A stretch of DNA of 64,000 nt, from NCBI RefSeq assembly GCF_009834535.1, contig NC_045697.1, positions 109,494,001 through 109,558,000 of the forward strand, read 5' to 3'. The stretch comes from Camelus ferus (lineage: Eukaryota). The notes under the pieces were generated by a model. That model ran no database searches. It worked only from the letters and a program-made list of their open reading frames with translations, and was not told the DNA's origin. Each line of letters begins with the position of its first letter. Within the stretch, counting starts at the first letter, position 1. A program made the translations under genes and the position numbers. Below are positions 12,061 to 25,434 of this stretch, one piece after another.

Positions 12061-13875
12061 CCTGCAGGCGAGACATCCTTGGTTCCTTGGGTAGGTCGTG
12101 TGAACTTGGATAGGCCTGAACTCCACCCCAGGCTCAGGTTTCTGACCTGGACACGTCTGCTGTGGAATTTCGGCTCTGCCTCTGAGTAGCTATTATGTAA
12201 TCTTGGGTGAATCACTTAAATCCTCCAAACCTCATCTTCATTCAGAAGTTGTGTGTGAAATCTGACGGTAAATCCACTTTCAGGACACAAGGCAGGAAGG
12301 AGACTGTCCCTAATTATTTTCCTTCCTCCTGTAGCAGTAGCCTGACTTTTCTAAGATAATTTTTGGCAGGTGAGATCGCCTGTTTTCTTTTTGCTCTGGA
12401 ATGCTGAGCCCTGGCCAGCTGGGTCTGGAGTGGGGGTGGCTGCGTGCATCTGATGCTGGCAGCTCTTTACGTCCATGGCCTCCTGTGGCAATTCAGAACA
12501 TTTCTGGAGGCCACTGGGTGTGTGAGTGGCCTTTTTGTTTTGCAGGCAAGTCAGGGAGTTAGTCCTGGCCTTTTGGGGTTTGAGTACATGGCAGACCTCT
12601 TATCTGCCCAAGCTGGTCTCAAGTGAAGAGGTTGGCAGGAGAGGCAGATGGAGCCTGAGCTGTCACCCTTATTATTAATACAGTTAATGTTGGAGATAGA
12701 ATAAAGGCGATACGGATGGAAGATAACAGAGAAGGGATGCTTAGGAAGGAGGATGGAAGAAGGGAGCTTAGAGGCAGAAGAGTGGAGGGAGGAAGAAAAG
12801 TGTGCAGCCAGGATACTTCCCATGAGATGCGGACTTTGGAGGGGGATTCTCTGGTCTCCATATTGTTTGCACCTTCAAGAAAAATGGGAGAGGGGCTTGC
12901 TGAAGGTCACAAAGCGTCTATGGCCTGGCAGGATTGACACTCAGATGTCTGCTTGTGAACCAGCCTCTGAACTGTGCTCAGCAGAGGGCTACTTTGTGGG
13001 AGGAACAGATGGAAAGACTGTTCTGGCAGACTTGCTTTGAAAACAGTTATACAGGCTACATTTAGGAGCTTCTCCAGTCAAATGTTTTTGGAGTATGTGG
13101 CTTTTAAAATGTCATATGACAGTTGATAGTTTCTTGATAGACACACACATCCTTGTACTTTATAAATGTTATATATTTATATATATTTCATATTCTATGT
13201 CTTTAAGTATGCTTCTACGTTGTTACAGCTCATTTTTTTTTAGTGTGACATCTTTATATGTTTTTTGGTATATTAACTTGTGGCTTCTGATTCTGAAGGA
13301 AAGTGAAATCATCATTATAATAAATAGCTACTGAAAATACGACCTGCCCTGTGAGATTTTATGTGGTGGTTAATCTTAAAAATAAAGACCTGGTGATGGG
13401 TTCAACTTCAGGAGCGAGCCTGGCTGTGTTTCCTGTGCTTTCTGTGTTATAACTAGTCTTTAACAAATTCAGAGGCCCAAGTTCCCTCCCTCTCCTACCC
13501 TCTCCACCCAAAACCCCCTTACTTGGATGTCTTTTCTTGATTTGGGGTTGATGAGAATAGATATGTTGTCTGAATTCATCCAGAAATGAAGTCTATGAAA
13601 ATTAAATCTATCTTCATTTGTATCTGAATGCTTACAGAATCTGTATATTTGGTATGAAGTGATACTGACCATAATCTAAGGGTATCTTAAATTTTTGCAG
13701 CTGTATTTGACTTCTAATAATTCAACTTTCACATTTAAATTCTAATTCAGACTCATCTACAAGGGAGTAAAATTATACCTCACGAGAGGCATTGCCTAAG
13801 TATGTCCTCTTAACTCCGCATTCAAATTTTAAAACTACAATAAGTTTAATTGCTTCTTTTCTTTTCTTTTTTTAG

Positions 13876-13944
13876 CTTCTCAGACAAGCTATTTAGTGGA
13901 AAGGGCTTACATTTTCAGCCATCAGTTCTAGATTTTGGAATTCA
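13876..13944 (+). CDS. TMEM131L: TMEM131L exon 4 (69 nt): [23 protein letters not shown]
   Basis: Polypyrimidine tract then tttag|C...CA|gtaagt; peptide recognised. Confidence 0.95.
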
Positions 13945-16758
13945 GTAAGTATCTTTTCCTTATCATTTTTAGTAATTTACTATTTGCATTGTTTGATTTT
14001 GGGTATCTTTTAAATATTTGTGATGTTAAATATATTATAAGTATATTGATAGTATCAAGAGATATTGGTCCTACAACTTGTTAAAAGGAACATTTCTGTG
14101 AAAAGGAGAGTGTAAGGATTGTTTTAGTCCTTTCTTTAGTTTTTAATAAATGTACCTTATAATTTAAGAAATAAGTCTTTGTTCTGAAACAAATTAGGTT
14201 ATTTTGTAATGAAGAACTACATAGTGATGGTTTCTGAATTTTTAAAAAACTGGATTCATTTATTCACTCATATTTACTGCTTGCTGTCTCTCAAGATTCC
14301 AAATTGTGCAAATTAGTTATTATGATTGAGATTCTGGAAACAAGGGTGGAAGACGGCATATAAGCAGTAATGATTCACAGTACGTCTTACTGAGGACCAT
14401 GACGTGAAGGGGCTATGATCTGAGAGCCGGCTGAGGACTGACCTGGGAACTCGGAGCAGTTAAGGAAGAGGAGGGTGAAGCAGTGCAGAAGAGGGGACTG
14501 ACGGACTGGTGTTGGTTGTGATGAAGTTGGAACCTTAAAGTGTTAGACTCCCTGCATGCAGAATGGTGCTGCATGGAGTGGATACAGTTTCACATTAGTT
14601 GAGTTTCAGAGGGTGGAAGTCACAGAGTGTTTCAGGTGTAGAAACCTGCTGGTTTTAGCAGCCTGGAACATCAGTTTGATGAAGAACTTTTCTGAGTCAC
14701 AAGAAGAGTTATGTAACCATGGTGACAGGAGAGCATCTGGGCTGTGTTAGTGGTGGTCTCCTGGTGTGCTCTCCTTTATTCATCTGGACTTCCTTCTTTC
14801 CGGTTCCTTCTGATCATCAAAAGATGAGAGCTGCAGTAAAGGATAAAGAATTTTAAATTTAAAAGTACATTGTTGAGCTCTTTCAGGAGAGTCTGTAAAA
14901 GGAAGAGAGAAAAGTGTGAAGGGAGCTTTCTGACTCTGCAAGATTCTAGGTGTCTGCTTTTTTGTTTTTGAATTTTTATATTTTTACTCTTTGGTAAAGA
15001 AACTTTATTAGAAGCTGAATATATAGTACAGTGTCATTGATTTCAAATTTTAAGAGAGCCCTTTGCTTTTGTGAAAAGTATTGTAAAGGAAATTTTGATG
15101 CAGGACCTTCTTTGCATATTACAGATTGGTAGATGTAATAAGATGGAGAGCAGTGAGTCTCGTTAGACTAGGATACAGTTCCAATTCATGGGATGCCAGC
15201 TGTCTGTAGTATATTTACTCTTCAGTTATATAAAAATCCTGTAAACAGTGTCCATGTGTGTATGTATGTATGAGCTAGGTATGTTAATTAGCTCTGCATT
15301 TCAATTTCTGGTAGCTGGAAGCATGTTGAAGAGGAGTATTTAATGTCTGGATTTGAAAAGGTTACTAAGTTTTAGACTTGAGTCACCTTTGGGTAATTCA
15401 GTTTTGTTGATGTAGTAGTTCATAGTTTCCAAAGTACAACTTGTCACTTGTGGGCTGGGTCTTATATCAGTCCTGGAAGGATGGTGGAGGCAGGTGTTGA
15501 GAGAGAGAGGGGCTACTGAGTGTGTGTGTATCATTTCCAAATATCTGTGTATTTGAGCGTGTGCTACAGATGCTTGTCTATTTGTTGCTGAGAAGTAGTG
15601 CATTTTTCCAAAGGTCATTTCACTACAAGTGACAAGATAAACCCGATTTCTAAGCAAGCACACACCATGCTGTTTTTCTTGTCATTGAGATCCAGGATAT
15701 AGTTATGTGAATAAGTTATATTTGCTGATGTTAAAAAAAATCTAGATAATAACAAACCATAGTCTAAATCAGAACACATTTAAAATTACTCGAGTTTCAT
15801 CTTACTTCTAACAAATGGTCTAATTTATAGGCATTAGATACACACTTCAACCAGAGCGTTCTCCCGATCACTTCACTGCCCTAGTTCAGGCTTTGCTATT
15901 GTTTATTTTGACGTTGACCTTGAGCACACCTCACCCTTCTCAGAGCTTTGGTCTTCCTCTGGGTTGGAGAACCAGGATCATGTTCTTCAGCTGCCCTCTG
16001 CCTACTTCTGAGGGTTTATTTTAAGGGTTAATATTCTGCTGGTCCTGAGATTAAAAGTGCTAATCATTCACAAGAAATTTTCATCATTCTTTTGTAGTAT
16101 TAAATTAAGAGAGTATCTTCCAGTTGTCACTAGTGAAGGAAATTCTTATCCTCATAACACTTTTAAAAATAGAATTAAAAAAAATAGGCTAAAAATAGCA
16201 CAGTGGTCAGTAGGTTTCAGCCAGCATTCTCTGTGAGGTCTGCTGAGGCTTCTGGCGGACGCAGCCACTGGGCTGTGTAACATGGCAGTTTTGCAGCCTT
16301 GTTTTTTAATGTTTTGCTCTGGGAGACATTTGTATCATTTGAAACTAAAAAATCTTGTGTTTCAACTTTATGAATGAGATAAAAGCTTTGAGGATAAGTA
16401 TTAATAATAATAAATAGCTTTCAGCTATTTACCCAAAATCATGGAAGTTCTTACATATTTAATTTAATTGAGGGAAAAGGCAGATGGGAGCCCAGTACTC
16501 GTGAGAAAGGGCTTTTTCAGGTGACCCTTGATGCTTATGATAGTATGAAATTTTTTAGTTGTATTATTTAAGAATGCTCTAAAAAAATCAAGGTTTTAAT
16601 CACACTGCTGTGTATTTATAACTGACTGTAAAGGACTTATTTTATAAAATACATTTTGGACCTATTAAGCCCTCAGTTAAGACTTGTGATTAAAAGTAGG
16701 AGGACAAGCTGAAAGAAAAATTTTAAGGATTTGATGGCAATAACACAGCAGTTTAGAC

Positions 16759-16846
16759 GGGAGGGTATAGCTCAGTGGTAGAGTGCATGCCTAGCATGTG
16801 CGAGATCCTAGGTTCCATCCCCAGTACCTCCATTTTAAAAAAAAAC
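16759..16846 (+). mobile_element. Short vic-1-type SINE (tRNA-like head plus A tail)
   Basis: GGGAGGGTATAGCTCAGTGGTAGAG...CCCCAGTACCTCCA; TSD acagca(g/t)tttaga. Confidence 0.92.
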
Positions 16847-16918
16847 AACAGCATTTTAGAAATCCCATTGAATATAAGAGAAACAACACACATTAGATTT
16901 TTCCTAAAGCATACTTTC

Positions 16919-17179
16919 TTTTTTTTTCATTTTTCAGTTTTATTAGGTAGAATTGTTAAAATTTGACTACACATATACAATATATTGCATGTAAATACAT
17001 ATATACAATATACTGCGCATTTTTTTTCAGTTTACATATGCGTACTGATCACTGTTTCTAAGAACAGTTTAGAGCTTTAGCTTTTTAAACTTGCGTAGTT
17101 ATCAAAGGAATAAGGCCAACCACAAAATAAGAATCAACAGAATGCGGTAATCCAATCATACAGGACAGTCAAATGTGCT
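16919..17179 (-). mobile_element. Unidentified poly(A)-tailed retroposed sequence, copy 1
   Basis: AATAAA followed by poly(A) on the minus strand; homologous to 53411-53635. Confidence 0.75.
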
Positions 17180-18285
17180 AAATGACACATTCTTAATGTC
17201 AGAAATTGGAATAAAGGCAGAGAAATATGAACAGAAGGTAGATGAATTTTTGCTGAATTTAGAATCTAGTATTTCCAGGCCATACTAATGAAAACTGTCT
17301 CTTTGGAACTCTGCCACTGAGGGTGTTAAAACTGGAGAGATGACTTCAGTGAAGTTTTTGCTGGCTCTCTGTTAATTACAACGTGGTTGAACTAGAGTGA
17401 ATTCGGTATTGAGAAGCAGGATTCAGAGTAAATGATTCCAGGAAACATCGCAGGTAGCTCCAGGTAGGTGGGCCGGAAGCCGGCCCCTTTCCTCCTGGGG
17501 TTCCTTTGTTGGAGCCCACCTTGTGAATGGAGTGCCCGGCTGAAAAGAATCAGCAGCAAGGTCTCCATCTCTTAGTGTGTTTGCTGCACAGCAGAGTTGC
17601 TTACTCTGAGGGTCATGGAAAGTTATGGGTGTAAGTATAAAACTTTTGTGTTTATATTTGGGGAGAGGAGAGCCAAAGCTTTCCGCAGGTTTCCTGAAAG
17701 ACTCACGATTTAAATGCATAAGAGCCACTGCTAGAAAGTGCCGCAGAATTTTCATTCTTTGAGGAAGAAAATGGTCTTTCACAATGAAGTTTTCCTTTTA
17801 TGAGACTTAAGTCTCTTTGCCATTTAAAATCCATTCCCCCAAAAGTCTCTTTAATTTTATTGCTTAGAGAACAAACTCTCAGAAAATTGGCTTCTTCTAT
17901 GAGTATAGTTTCTTATCTGAAACATATTTTCATTTGAATTAGAGACACATGTCAGACAAGTACCTAGTTCCCACTAGGTGTTTTGTTTTTTTTTTTAAAC
18001 AAGTATTTAATGGCCTAAATGGGTTGAATTCTTCCAATATAAAAATCATTGGGGTGCACCAGTGGGTTGGCTTAAGTGTCTTATTAAAAAAAAAATTAAG
18101 AAAAATTTTGGACTAATTGTTGCTTTTAATTTTGTAATGAATATCAATAGCTTTCTGGGTTTAGACTATATATATATATGTATGTATGCATGTGTATATG
18201 ACTGTATGAATGTGTGGATGGATGGATGGATGATTTTATTTATAACCATGCAACACCTTGCATTTTCTCCTTGTTCCCCTCCCAG

Positions 18286-18409
18286 ATTCCTGGGACACCC
18301 TGTAGCAAAGATCCTCTATGCGTATAACCCTAGCAGGGAGAGCGAGGTGGTGGTGAATTCCGTGTTTACAACCGCAGGACATTTCCACGTGCCTCCCGTT
18401 CACTGCAGG
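18286..18409 (+). CDS. TMEM131L: TMEM131L exon 5 (124 nt): [41 protein letters not shown]
   Basis: cccag|A...AGG|gtgagt; lies within ORF 18062..18625. Confidence 0.95.
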
Positions 18410-18927
18410 GTGAGTGTGGATGTTCCTGTGGAAACTATGCTATGGCTGGCAGCCAGGTTTTCTTGCTTTCCTTGGCCTGAAGTTTTCACTTTCTGCTCCC
18501 GGTCTCCCCTTTTCCTGCTACCCAAACTCTTTCCTTCTGTGTGTTTGCTCGAGCATTTATTTTTTCAGTTGTTCAGATTCAGAATTTTGGTGGCTCTTGA
18601 TAGCTACGTGGGGGGAAAATTTTGAAGAGTTTAAATGTGGTAGTAATGTATGTCCATTCAATGTGACTTTTTCATGCTTAAAGAAACTTAACATTACTTG
18701 TCTTGTAATGACTGCAAATGCTGAAGCATTTAGTAACTAGTACAAGTTTACAGTGGTGACCTCTTCACCTGGCTCATTAAGATGGTTAGGACTCCTTTCT
18801 AAATATAGGACTGAGAGGGAGTGAATGGCCCCTTATGAAGCTGATTTGCACTGGAACACAGAGCTCAAAACTGATCTCCTAATAATAGTTTTAATTTTAG
18901 GAATTCAATTTAATTCGGGTCTTTAAT

Positions 18928-19019
18928 TTTTGTTTTTTTAATGGAGGTACTGGGAATTGAACCCAGGACCTCACACATGCTAAGTGTATACTCTACCACT
19001 GAGCTATACCCCTACCCCC
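18928..19019 (-). mobile_element. Short vic-1-type SINE
   Basis: tRNA-like head; TSD ggtctttaa(t/c)tttt. Confidence 0.9.
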
Positions 19020-19210
19020 TAGGTCTTTAACTTTTAATGAACATCCTAATTACTAGCTGGGTTTATTTATATATTGTCCTTACTCTGTCCACCTGATAGC
19101 CACTTTGTCTTTTTCAGGTACTGGGACTGAGGACGTGGTGTAAGGGGGAGCCCAGTGTTTTGTTTATGACAGTCTGCCCAGATAAACACTGTCCTTGACT
19201 TAAAAAAAAT

Positions 19211-19353
19211 TTTTTTTTTGCTTTTGTTTTTTTTTGGGGGGGGAGGTCATTAGGTTTATTTATTTACCAATTTTTAGAGGAGGTACTGGGGATTGAACCT
19301 AGTACCTTGTGCATGCTAAGCATGTGCTCTACCACTTGAGCTATACCCTCCCC
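19211..19353 (-). mobile_element. vic-1-type SINE
   Basis: Head plus tail; TSD cac(t/a)gtccttgacttt. Confidence 0.9.
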
Positions 19354-19748
19354 ACAGTCCTTGACTTTTATGAAATATCCACATGTTTGTCCATCGGTGC
19401 CTCTCTTTGCTTAAGTGGAGGTAGGACTGTGTCCCACACAGGCCCTTGAACACGGGGGAGAGGAAGAGGAGGGTGGAGGAACGATGTGAGGCACGTGACT
19501 GCCAACCGGGGTGAGAGCTCTCTCGCCATAAGTCCATGGCGTGCACTTTGATATTTTCTCTTAGATAGTTAGGTGTTGGTCTGTTCGGACAGCCTCAGGG
19601 ATTCATGATACATGAATTCATTTATACAATCAAGGATGCGGGAACCTGTAATCATCTGGCAACAGGAATCGTCAAAAAGAAAGTCTGTGACAGATAGTTT
19701 GTCACAGAAGGGCCGTTCTAGGTGGCTAATGAGGTCCCTTTCTTCCAG

Positions 19749-19865
19749 GTGATTCCTGCAATGGGGAGAACCTCCTTCAGAATTATTTTCTTACCCACTG
19801 AAGAAGGAAACATTGAAAGTTCTTTATTTATTAATACCTCCTCATACGGAGTCCTTTCCTATCAT
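19749..19865 (+). CDS. TMEM131L: TMEM131L exon 6 (117 nt): [39 protein letters not shown]
   Basis: ttccag|GTG...CAT|gtaagt. Confidence 0.95.
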
Positions 19866-20698
19866 GTAAGTCACTTTTTCCTTCTGTCGTGTGATTTGGC
19901 TGTTGACTTAATGAAAGGGTTTGGATAAAAAAAGACTTTTGGAAGCGTTGCCACCTGGTTGATGTCATGGAGATAAAGGACTATTTCGCTGATGACAGCT
20001 CAACAGCAATCCCCCTTCCCCTGGTCGGATGTCCTCAGGACAGAGTGCAGAGCCGTAGCTGGCTGGCCCTGGATCTTGGGAGGGTATTGGAAAGAAACAG
20101 AGAAACCTACAGTACAGATTTCTAGTATAAAGAATAGTGGGATTTCAAAACTCACGTCCCTCACCTCAGACAGTCCAGGGGTCTGGAGTTCTGGGCAGCC
20201 CCTGGTGACGTTGTCTCCTCCTCTCTGGGACTCGGAACTCTTTCTGGTTGGGGACAGGGGTCCCGTGCTGGGGAAGCCAGTTCTCAGGGAGCTCACATTT
20301 CTCTCAGAGCACTGGGGAGGAAGGGAGAGGAATATTTCTGTTGTTCACAAAAATAGTCAGGGCTTTTGATCTTAAGTGGTATCTGTGACACCTTTAAGTG
20401 CCAAAAGCTATCATTTTTGTGGCAAATTCCTACTGGAGTCCATTAAACACATGATCCCATATTATTAAAGATGCCTGTTTCTGAGAAGAGTTGCTACAAT
20501 GAGGAACATCCAGCTTAAATACAGCAACTTTTGTTGCCTTTTTTTTGTAGACAAAGATAATCATAGTAATTGGACTAAATAGTCTTGAAGGCCAAGTTGA
20601 TAAGCACAGATGTCCTTTGGAAAGGTATTTCATTACTATGTCATGTGTGTTTCAAAACTGACAGAGGAGTAATCCGCCTCCACCCTTTTCTCCTGCAG

Positions 20699-20809
20699 GT
20701 ATCTGGAGTTGGCACTCGCAGAATCTCTGCAGGAGGGTCTGCAAAGCAGCTACCGAACGCTTACTTCCTCCTCCCGCAGGTCCAGAGCATTCAGCTTTCG
20801 CAGACACAG
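20699..20809 (+). CDS. TMEM131L: TMEM131L exon 7 (111 nt): [37 protein letters not shown]
   Basis: ctgcag|GTA...CAG|gtgatt. Confidence 0.95.
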
Positions 20810-21398
20810 GTGATTTTAGTAGTAAATTTATTTTGAATGCCGGTAAACACCACATTCGGTGACCTCTAAATTTAGATGTCTTTTGCAGAGTACACACAGA
20901 CCTTTTTACATCGTCAAGATGAGGATTTTAATATGTGCTCCTCTTGGAAAAAATCCTGATACGTATGGAAATAATATATATATGTAAAGTGTCAGTAGAA
21001 GTCATAATAGTTCTTTTTAACGGCTGGATAGTCCTCAGAACCAATATTTCATAGTTTGCTTAGTCCTGTTGTTGGTCATTTGTGAAGTGTCCAGTTTTTC
21101 ATTATTGTTACCACTAGGCTATGTACATATTTTACAAGTTTCTCTATTTCCCTTTTGGACTGCCTGTTTCTTTGGGGTGTATTTTGTCAAGAGGATTCTG
21201 TAGCTAAAGACTGTGAAACCGTTTTATAGAACTTGTTAGTCTTGCCAGGGTGCTTTTCAGGAAGGCAGAACCTCCCTGGTCCCGGTAATGACATTTCAGC
21301 AAGAGTGTCTTACCCCCTCCCCTCTCCTGCCTGGGTGTGGCTTGGTGGCAAGAAACGTTTTTGATGTTTTAGTAGGTGTATAATGCTACCTTAAAATT

Positions 21399-21569
21399 CT
21401 TTTTTTTTTTTTTTTTGGCTTTTAATTTAAAAACAATTTTTTTTTTGGTTTTTTGGAGGGGAGGTAATGAGGATTATTTCTTTATTTTTAGAGGAGGTAC
21501 TGGGGATTGAACCCAGGACCTCATGCATGCTAAGCATGCTTTCTACCACATGAGCTATAGCCTCCCCCC
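21399..21569 (-). mobile_element. vic-1-type SINE
   Basis: Head plus long tail; TSD ccttaaaattctt. Confidence 0.92.
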
Positions 21570-23159
21570 TTAAAATTCTTCTAATGCGTATTTAATTAAT
21601 AGCTTATAGGGTTGGCTGTTTTTTTCCCTTTGATTTTTTATCCTGGTAACTATGGATGACTTTTGAAATTCAGAAAACTGTTGAACCAGTATGTTATGAA
21701 GCTTACCACCTTGCCAGCCTTTCTTTCTGATGAATAAATAAAGACCACTGCTCGGACTTTCTGTCAGTCACGGTACCCAGGCTTCCTTCACCATCAAGTC
21801 TTCCTGAGCCTCTGCTCTGGGCCAGACATCAGTCCAGCACTTCTGTCTTCATGGAGCTTTCGTTCCAGTCGGGAGACAAGTGAAGTTAATTTACCTGTAA
21901 TTAAAGGTCCAGGTGCTTTGCCCCCAAATAGTTAATTCTTAGAGTTTTAAATGTTGTTATTATTTTTTTATTAAATGGAATAATAGTCCTTCCTCGGGCA
22001 TTTAAGGGAGGTTTCTTGTAATTTGCAAATTTGGATTTGGTGTAAGTCCTAAAACCAGTGGGACTGTACTGAGAGGTTTGGGGCAGGAGCGGCTGTGATC
22101 TGACTTGCATTTCAGAAGGGCTCGGAAGGGCCACAGAAAGTTTCATCTGCAGGTTTTTCCTATGAACATTTTTGGCCGTATCTCAGGGCTGTCCTTCAGT
22201 GAAGGGGGGCAGTTAAGAATGCCCGGGTTTCTCTGGTGACCGAGAGCGAGAGTTTTGAGTGCCTCATGCCATTTTAGTGGCGATAAAAGTGCTGAAACCG
22301 AGGCGGGTGTTCAGATCGCCTTTGTTAACGAGGTTAATTTAAGGATACGTGGAATTAAGGGCCTCAGAGAGAGGCCCTGCTGGGAAGAGAGCTTGCCTGT
22401 CCTTCACTCTCCCTGGAGACCCTGTCCTTGCCATGATGCGCTCTGCCCTTTCCTGCCTCCCTGCCATCCTCATCTCTCTCCTGGACCACTGCAGCAGCCT
22501 GTTAACTGGTCTGCCAGCATCTGCTTTGACCCTTCCCTTTGGGAAGTCCTCTTCCCAAAAATGATAGCTGGACCAGATGAGTCACCTGCTTACCCCTTCC
22601 CTGGGCATTCCTGTAGGTGTGAGGGCTTAAACCGAAGCCTGAGTGTGGCCGGCAGGCCTGCTCACTGCTCTGGCCCCTGGGTTACTGGCACACAGGACCC
22701 TTCCTCCGCCGCCCACCTGTCCACTTCCTCTCCTGCCCCAGGTCCTGCGTGGTGGTGGTTTCCCCCAGACTCCCCTCCCTGTCTTTTCATCCTTCCTTTC
22801 CTACCTTGTGTCCTTCAGGGCACCTTGCGGTCTCTCCCAGTCTAGTTCCTGGGCTTCCTAGTCCAGCTGGACACTCCTGTAATGTGGTCCTTAGCCACTC
22901 TTTCCTTCACTCCGTGGACTTTCAGCCCCGTGAAGGCGGGGGCCATCTGACCGGGCTTTCCACAGCGTCCCCCAGCCTCGCCCAGGGCCCGCCGTCGGAG
23001 GGCTGGTGGCCGGGGGTTGAGGGAAGCTTGGACCGGAGGGGTCTGCACTCACCTGCCCTGGGCCCACCTTGATGGTGACGTGGCTCTTCTTGGTCTTTGT
23101 TTCTGCTTCAGCTGGTCCCCAAACTCTCCGTCTTGCTTCTTTGTTCTTTCCCTTTGTGC

Positions 23160-24672
23160 ATTTTTTATTTATATTCGAACAGCTTTATTGAGATAGAGCT
23201 CACATACCACAAAATTCACCCACTTCAAGTGTACAAGGCAGCGGTTTCAAGTGTAGTCACAGAATTATGCAGCCATCACCACAGTCTGATTTTCGAACAT
23301 TTTCATTGCCTTAATCACTGGCAGCTACTGCTCTATTCTCTGTCTCTGTAGGCTTGTCCACTCTGGACATTTCATATAAATGAATTGTGTGGTCTTTTGT
23401 GACTGGCTTCTTTTGCTTAGCGTAATGTTTTCGAGTTTCATCCATGTCATAGCACACATCAGTTTTTCCATCCTTTTTATTGCCAGATAATGTACTGTTG
23501 TAGGCATATGCTAGATTTTGTTTAACCATTTATCAATCGGCGGACATTTGATTTGTTTCCACTTTTGGGCTGTTAAGAGTTCTGTGGCTGGGACCATTCA
23601 CGTACAAGTTTGTGTGGACAGATTCTCTAAAGCAGCCCATGTTACCACATGATTTAGTTTCAGTTTTTTTAGTACTAAGTAACATGCTTACTACGTGCAA
23701 GGGTATTGATGTTCTTATGACTACATACCGACAGTACTGTTGTCTCATGTAACTCTCAAACCGTTCTCCTGAGTGTAGTATGTAAGAGTGGAATTTTGCT
23801 GGGTCATATGGTAATTCTGTGTCTGATATTTTGAGGAACCGTCAAACTGTTTTCTGAAGTTATTTTACAGTCTCACCAGCAATATATAAGGATTCCAGTT
23901 TCTCTACAACTTTCCCAAGGCTTATTATTTTCTGGGTTTTTTTTGTGGGGGGTTTGTTTTGCTTTTTTATAGCCATTCTGGTGTGTGTGAAGTGATATTC
24001 CATGTGGATTTTATTTGCACTTCCTAAATGGCTCATGATGTTGAGCGTCTTTTCATGTGCTTTTGGTCATTTATATATCTCCTTTGGAGAAATAGCTATT
24101 CAAATCCTTTGCCTGTTTTTAAATTGGGTTTTTTTAAATCACTGAGATGTAAGTGTCCTTTATATATTCTAGATACTAGGCTTCCATCAGGTAATGATTT
24201 GTAAATATTTTCTCCCATCTTATAGGGTGCTTTTTCATTTTTCATTTTGATTTTTTTTTTCGGAGGGGGCAGGTAATTAGGTTTATGTATTTATTTTAGT
24301 GGAAGTACTGGGGATTGAACCCAGGACCTCGTGCATGCTAGGCATGCACTCTACCACTGAACTACACTGTCCCCTTCACTTTTAATTTTGATGATGTCCA
24401 GTTTAGCTGTTTTTTATTTGGTCACTTATGCTTTTAGTGTCATATCTAATAGAGCCCACGGTTATGAAGAGTTCCTCATATGTTTTCTTCTGAGAGTTTT
24501 ATAGTTTATCTTTTCCAGTGAGGTCTATGAGCCGTTCTGAGCTCATTTTAGTGTACAGTGTGTGCTCGGGGTCCAAGTTCATTCTTTGCCATATGCGTCT
24601 CCAATAATTCTAGTACCACTCGCTGAAAAGACATTCCTTCCCCATTGAATTGTCTCGGCATCCTTGTTGAAT
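23160..24672 (-). mobile_element. Old L1 (L1MB-like) 3' region
   Basis: acagctttattgagatagagctcacataccac... start; ORF2 C-terminal peptides (TWMKLENITLSKRSQSQK) on the minus strand. Confidence 0.88.
24251..24374 (-). mobile_element. vic-1-type SINE nested in L1
   Basis: A/B boxes; aaacctaattacc tail. Confidence 0.9.
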
Positions 24673-25320
24673 TTCTCAGCTTTGACTCCACTCCTAACCA
24701 TAGATTGTCTCCTTCATCTTCATTTATGCTGAGATCTATGACTTAAACGAGTTACTTTCCAAGGCTGCCCCTGGTGGGCACAGCTCCTTGCACCGGTCAG
24801 TTAACGAACAGTTACTTACTGGATGTCATTTCTTGAATGTTCCAGTAAGTGATAGAGCAGTGAACACAGCACAGTGTCCCTACAATATAGAGTACATTTC
24901 AGAGTTTTCAGGTAAAGCTTACTTTTTTTTTTTTTGGCTTCTCTTTGGTGAGAATCCAGTATTGAGAGATCCAAATATCAAAAAATATTTCTTAAAAGAC
25001 ACTTATTTACATTTCTTTTATTTTTATGGTGCTTGAGAAAAAGAAACGTTGAAGTCATTTTTCAAGGCTTGCTACACCTAAAAACAAAAACAAAACCTAT
25101 AAAATTTAGATTTAAGAAATAATGTCATTCCTCAGAAAACATCTCAACTGTAATATTTTTGCGTTTAAACTGCATACATAAAATACGTTCTAGCTGTGTC
25201 GTGAGAGGCTGTGAGATTGCCAGCTATCTTTCCGCAGATAGGAGTGTCTTTATTTTGATAGCCTTTCTGTCCCGTGTTTTTATCTGTTTTCTGCCTGTGG
25301 TCAAGAACCCATCATCTGGT

Positions 25321-25434
25321 GGGGAGGGTACAGCTCAGAGGTAGAGTGCTTGCCTAGCATGCATAAGGTCCTGGGTTCAATCCCTAGTACTTCCATTAAA
25401 AAATAAATAAATAAACAAACTAGGAAAAAAAAAA
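25321..25434 (+). mobile_element. vic-1-type SINE
   Basis: GGGGAGGGTACAGCTCAG...; TSD aaccc(a/g)tcatctgg. Confidence 0.92.

Noticed and set aside
13945..13960. Possible U12-type donor (gtatcttttcc)
   Set aside because: Does not match RTATCCTT, and the canonical gtaagt at 13945 gives the correct phase.
16759..16832. Possible true tRNA-Ala(AGC) genes (this and the other SINE heads)
   Set aside because: They have A-rich tails, TSDs, an altered 5' end (GGGGAGGGTA) and scattered stem or B-box mutations, so they are SINE copies.
22255..23072. Overlapping long + strand ORFs (196 aa and others; also 26680-27502)
   Set aside because: Pyrimidine-rich, L2-like decayed sequence with few stops by composition; no recognisable protein or splice support.
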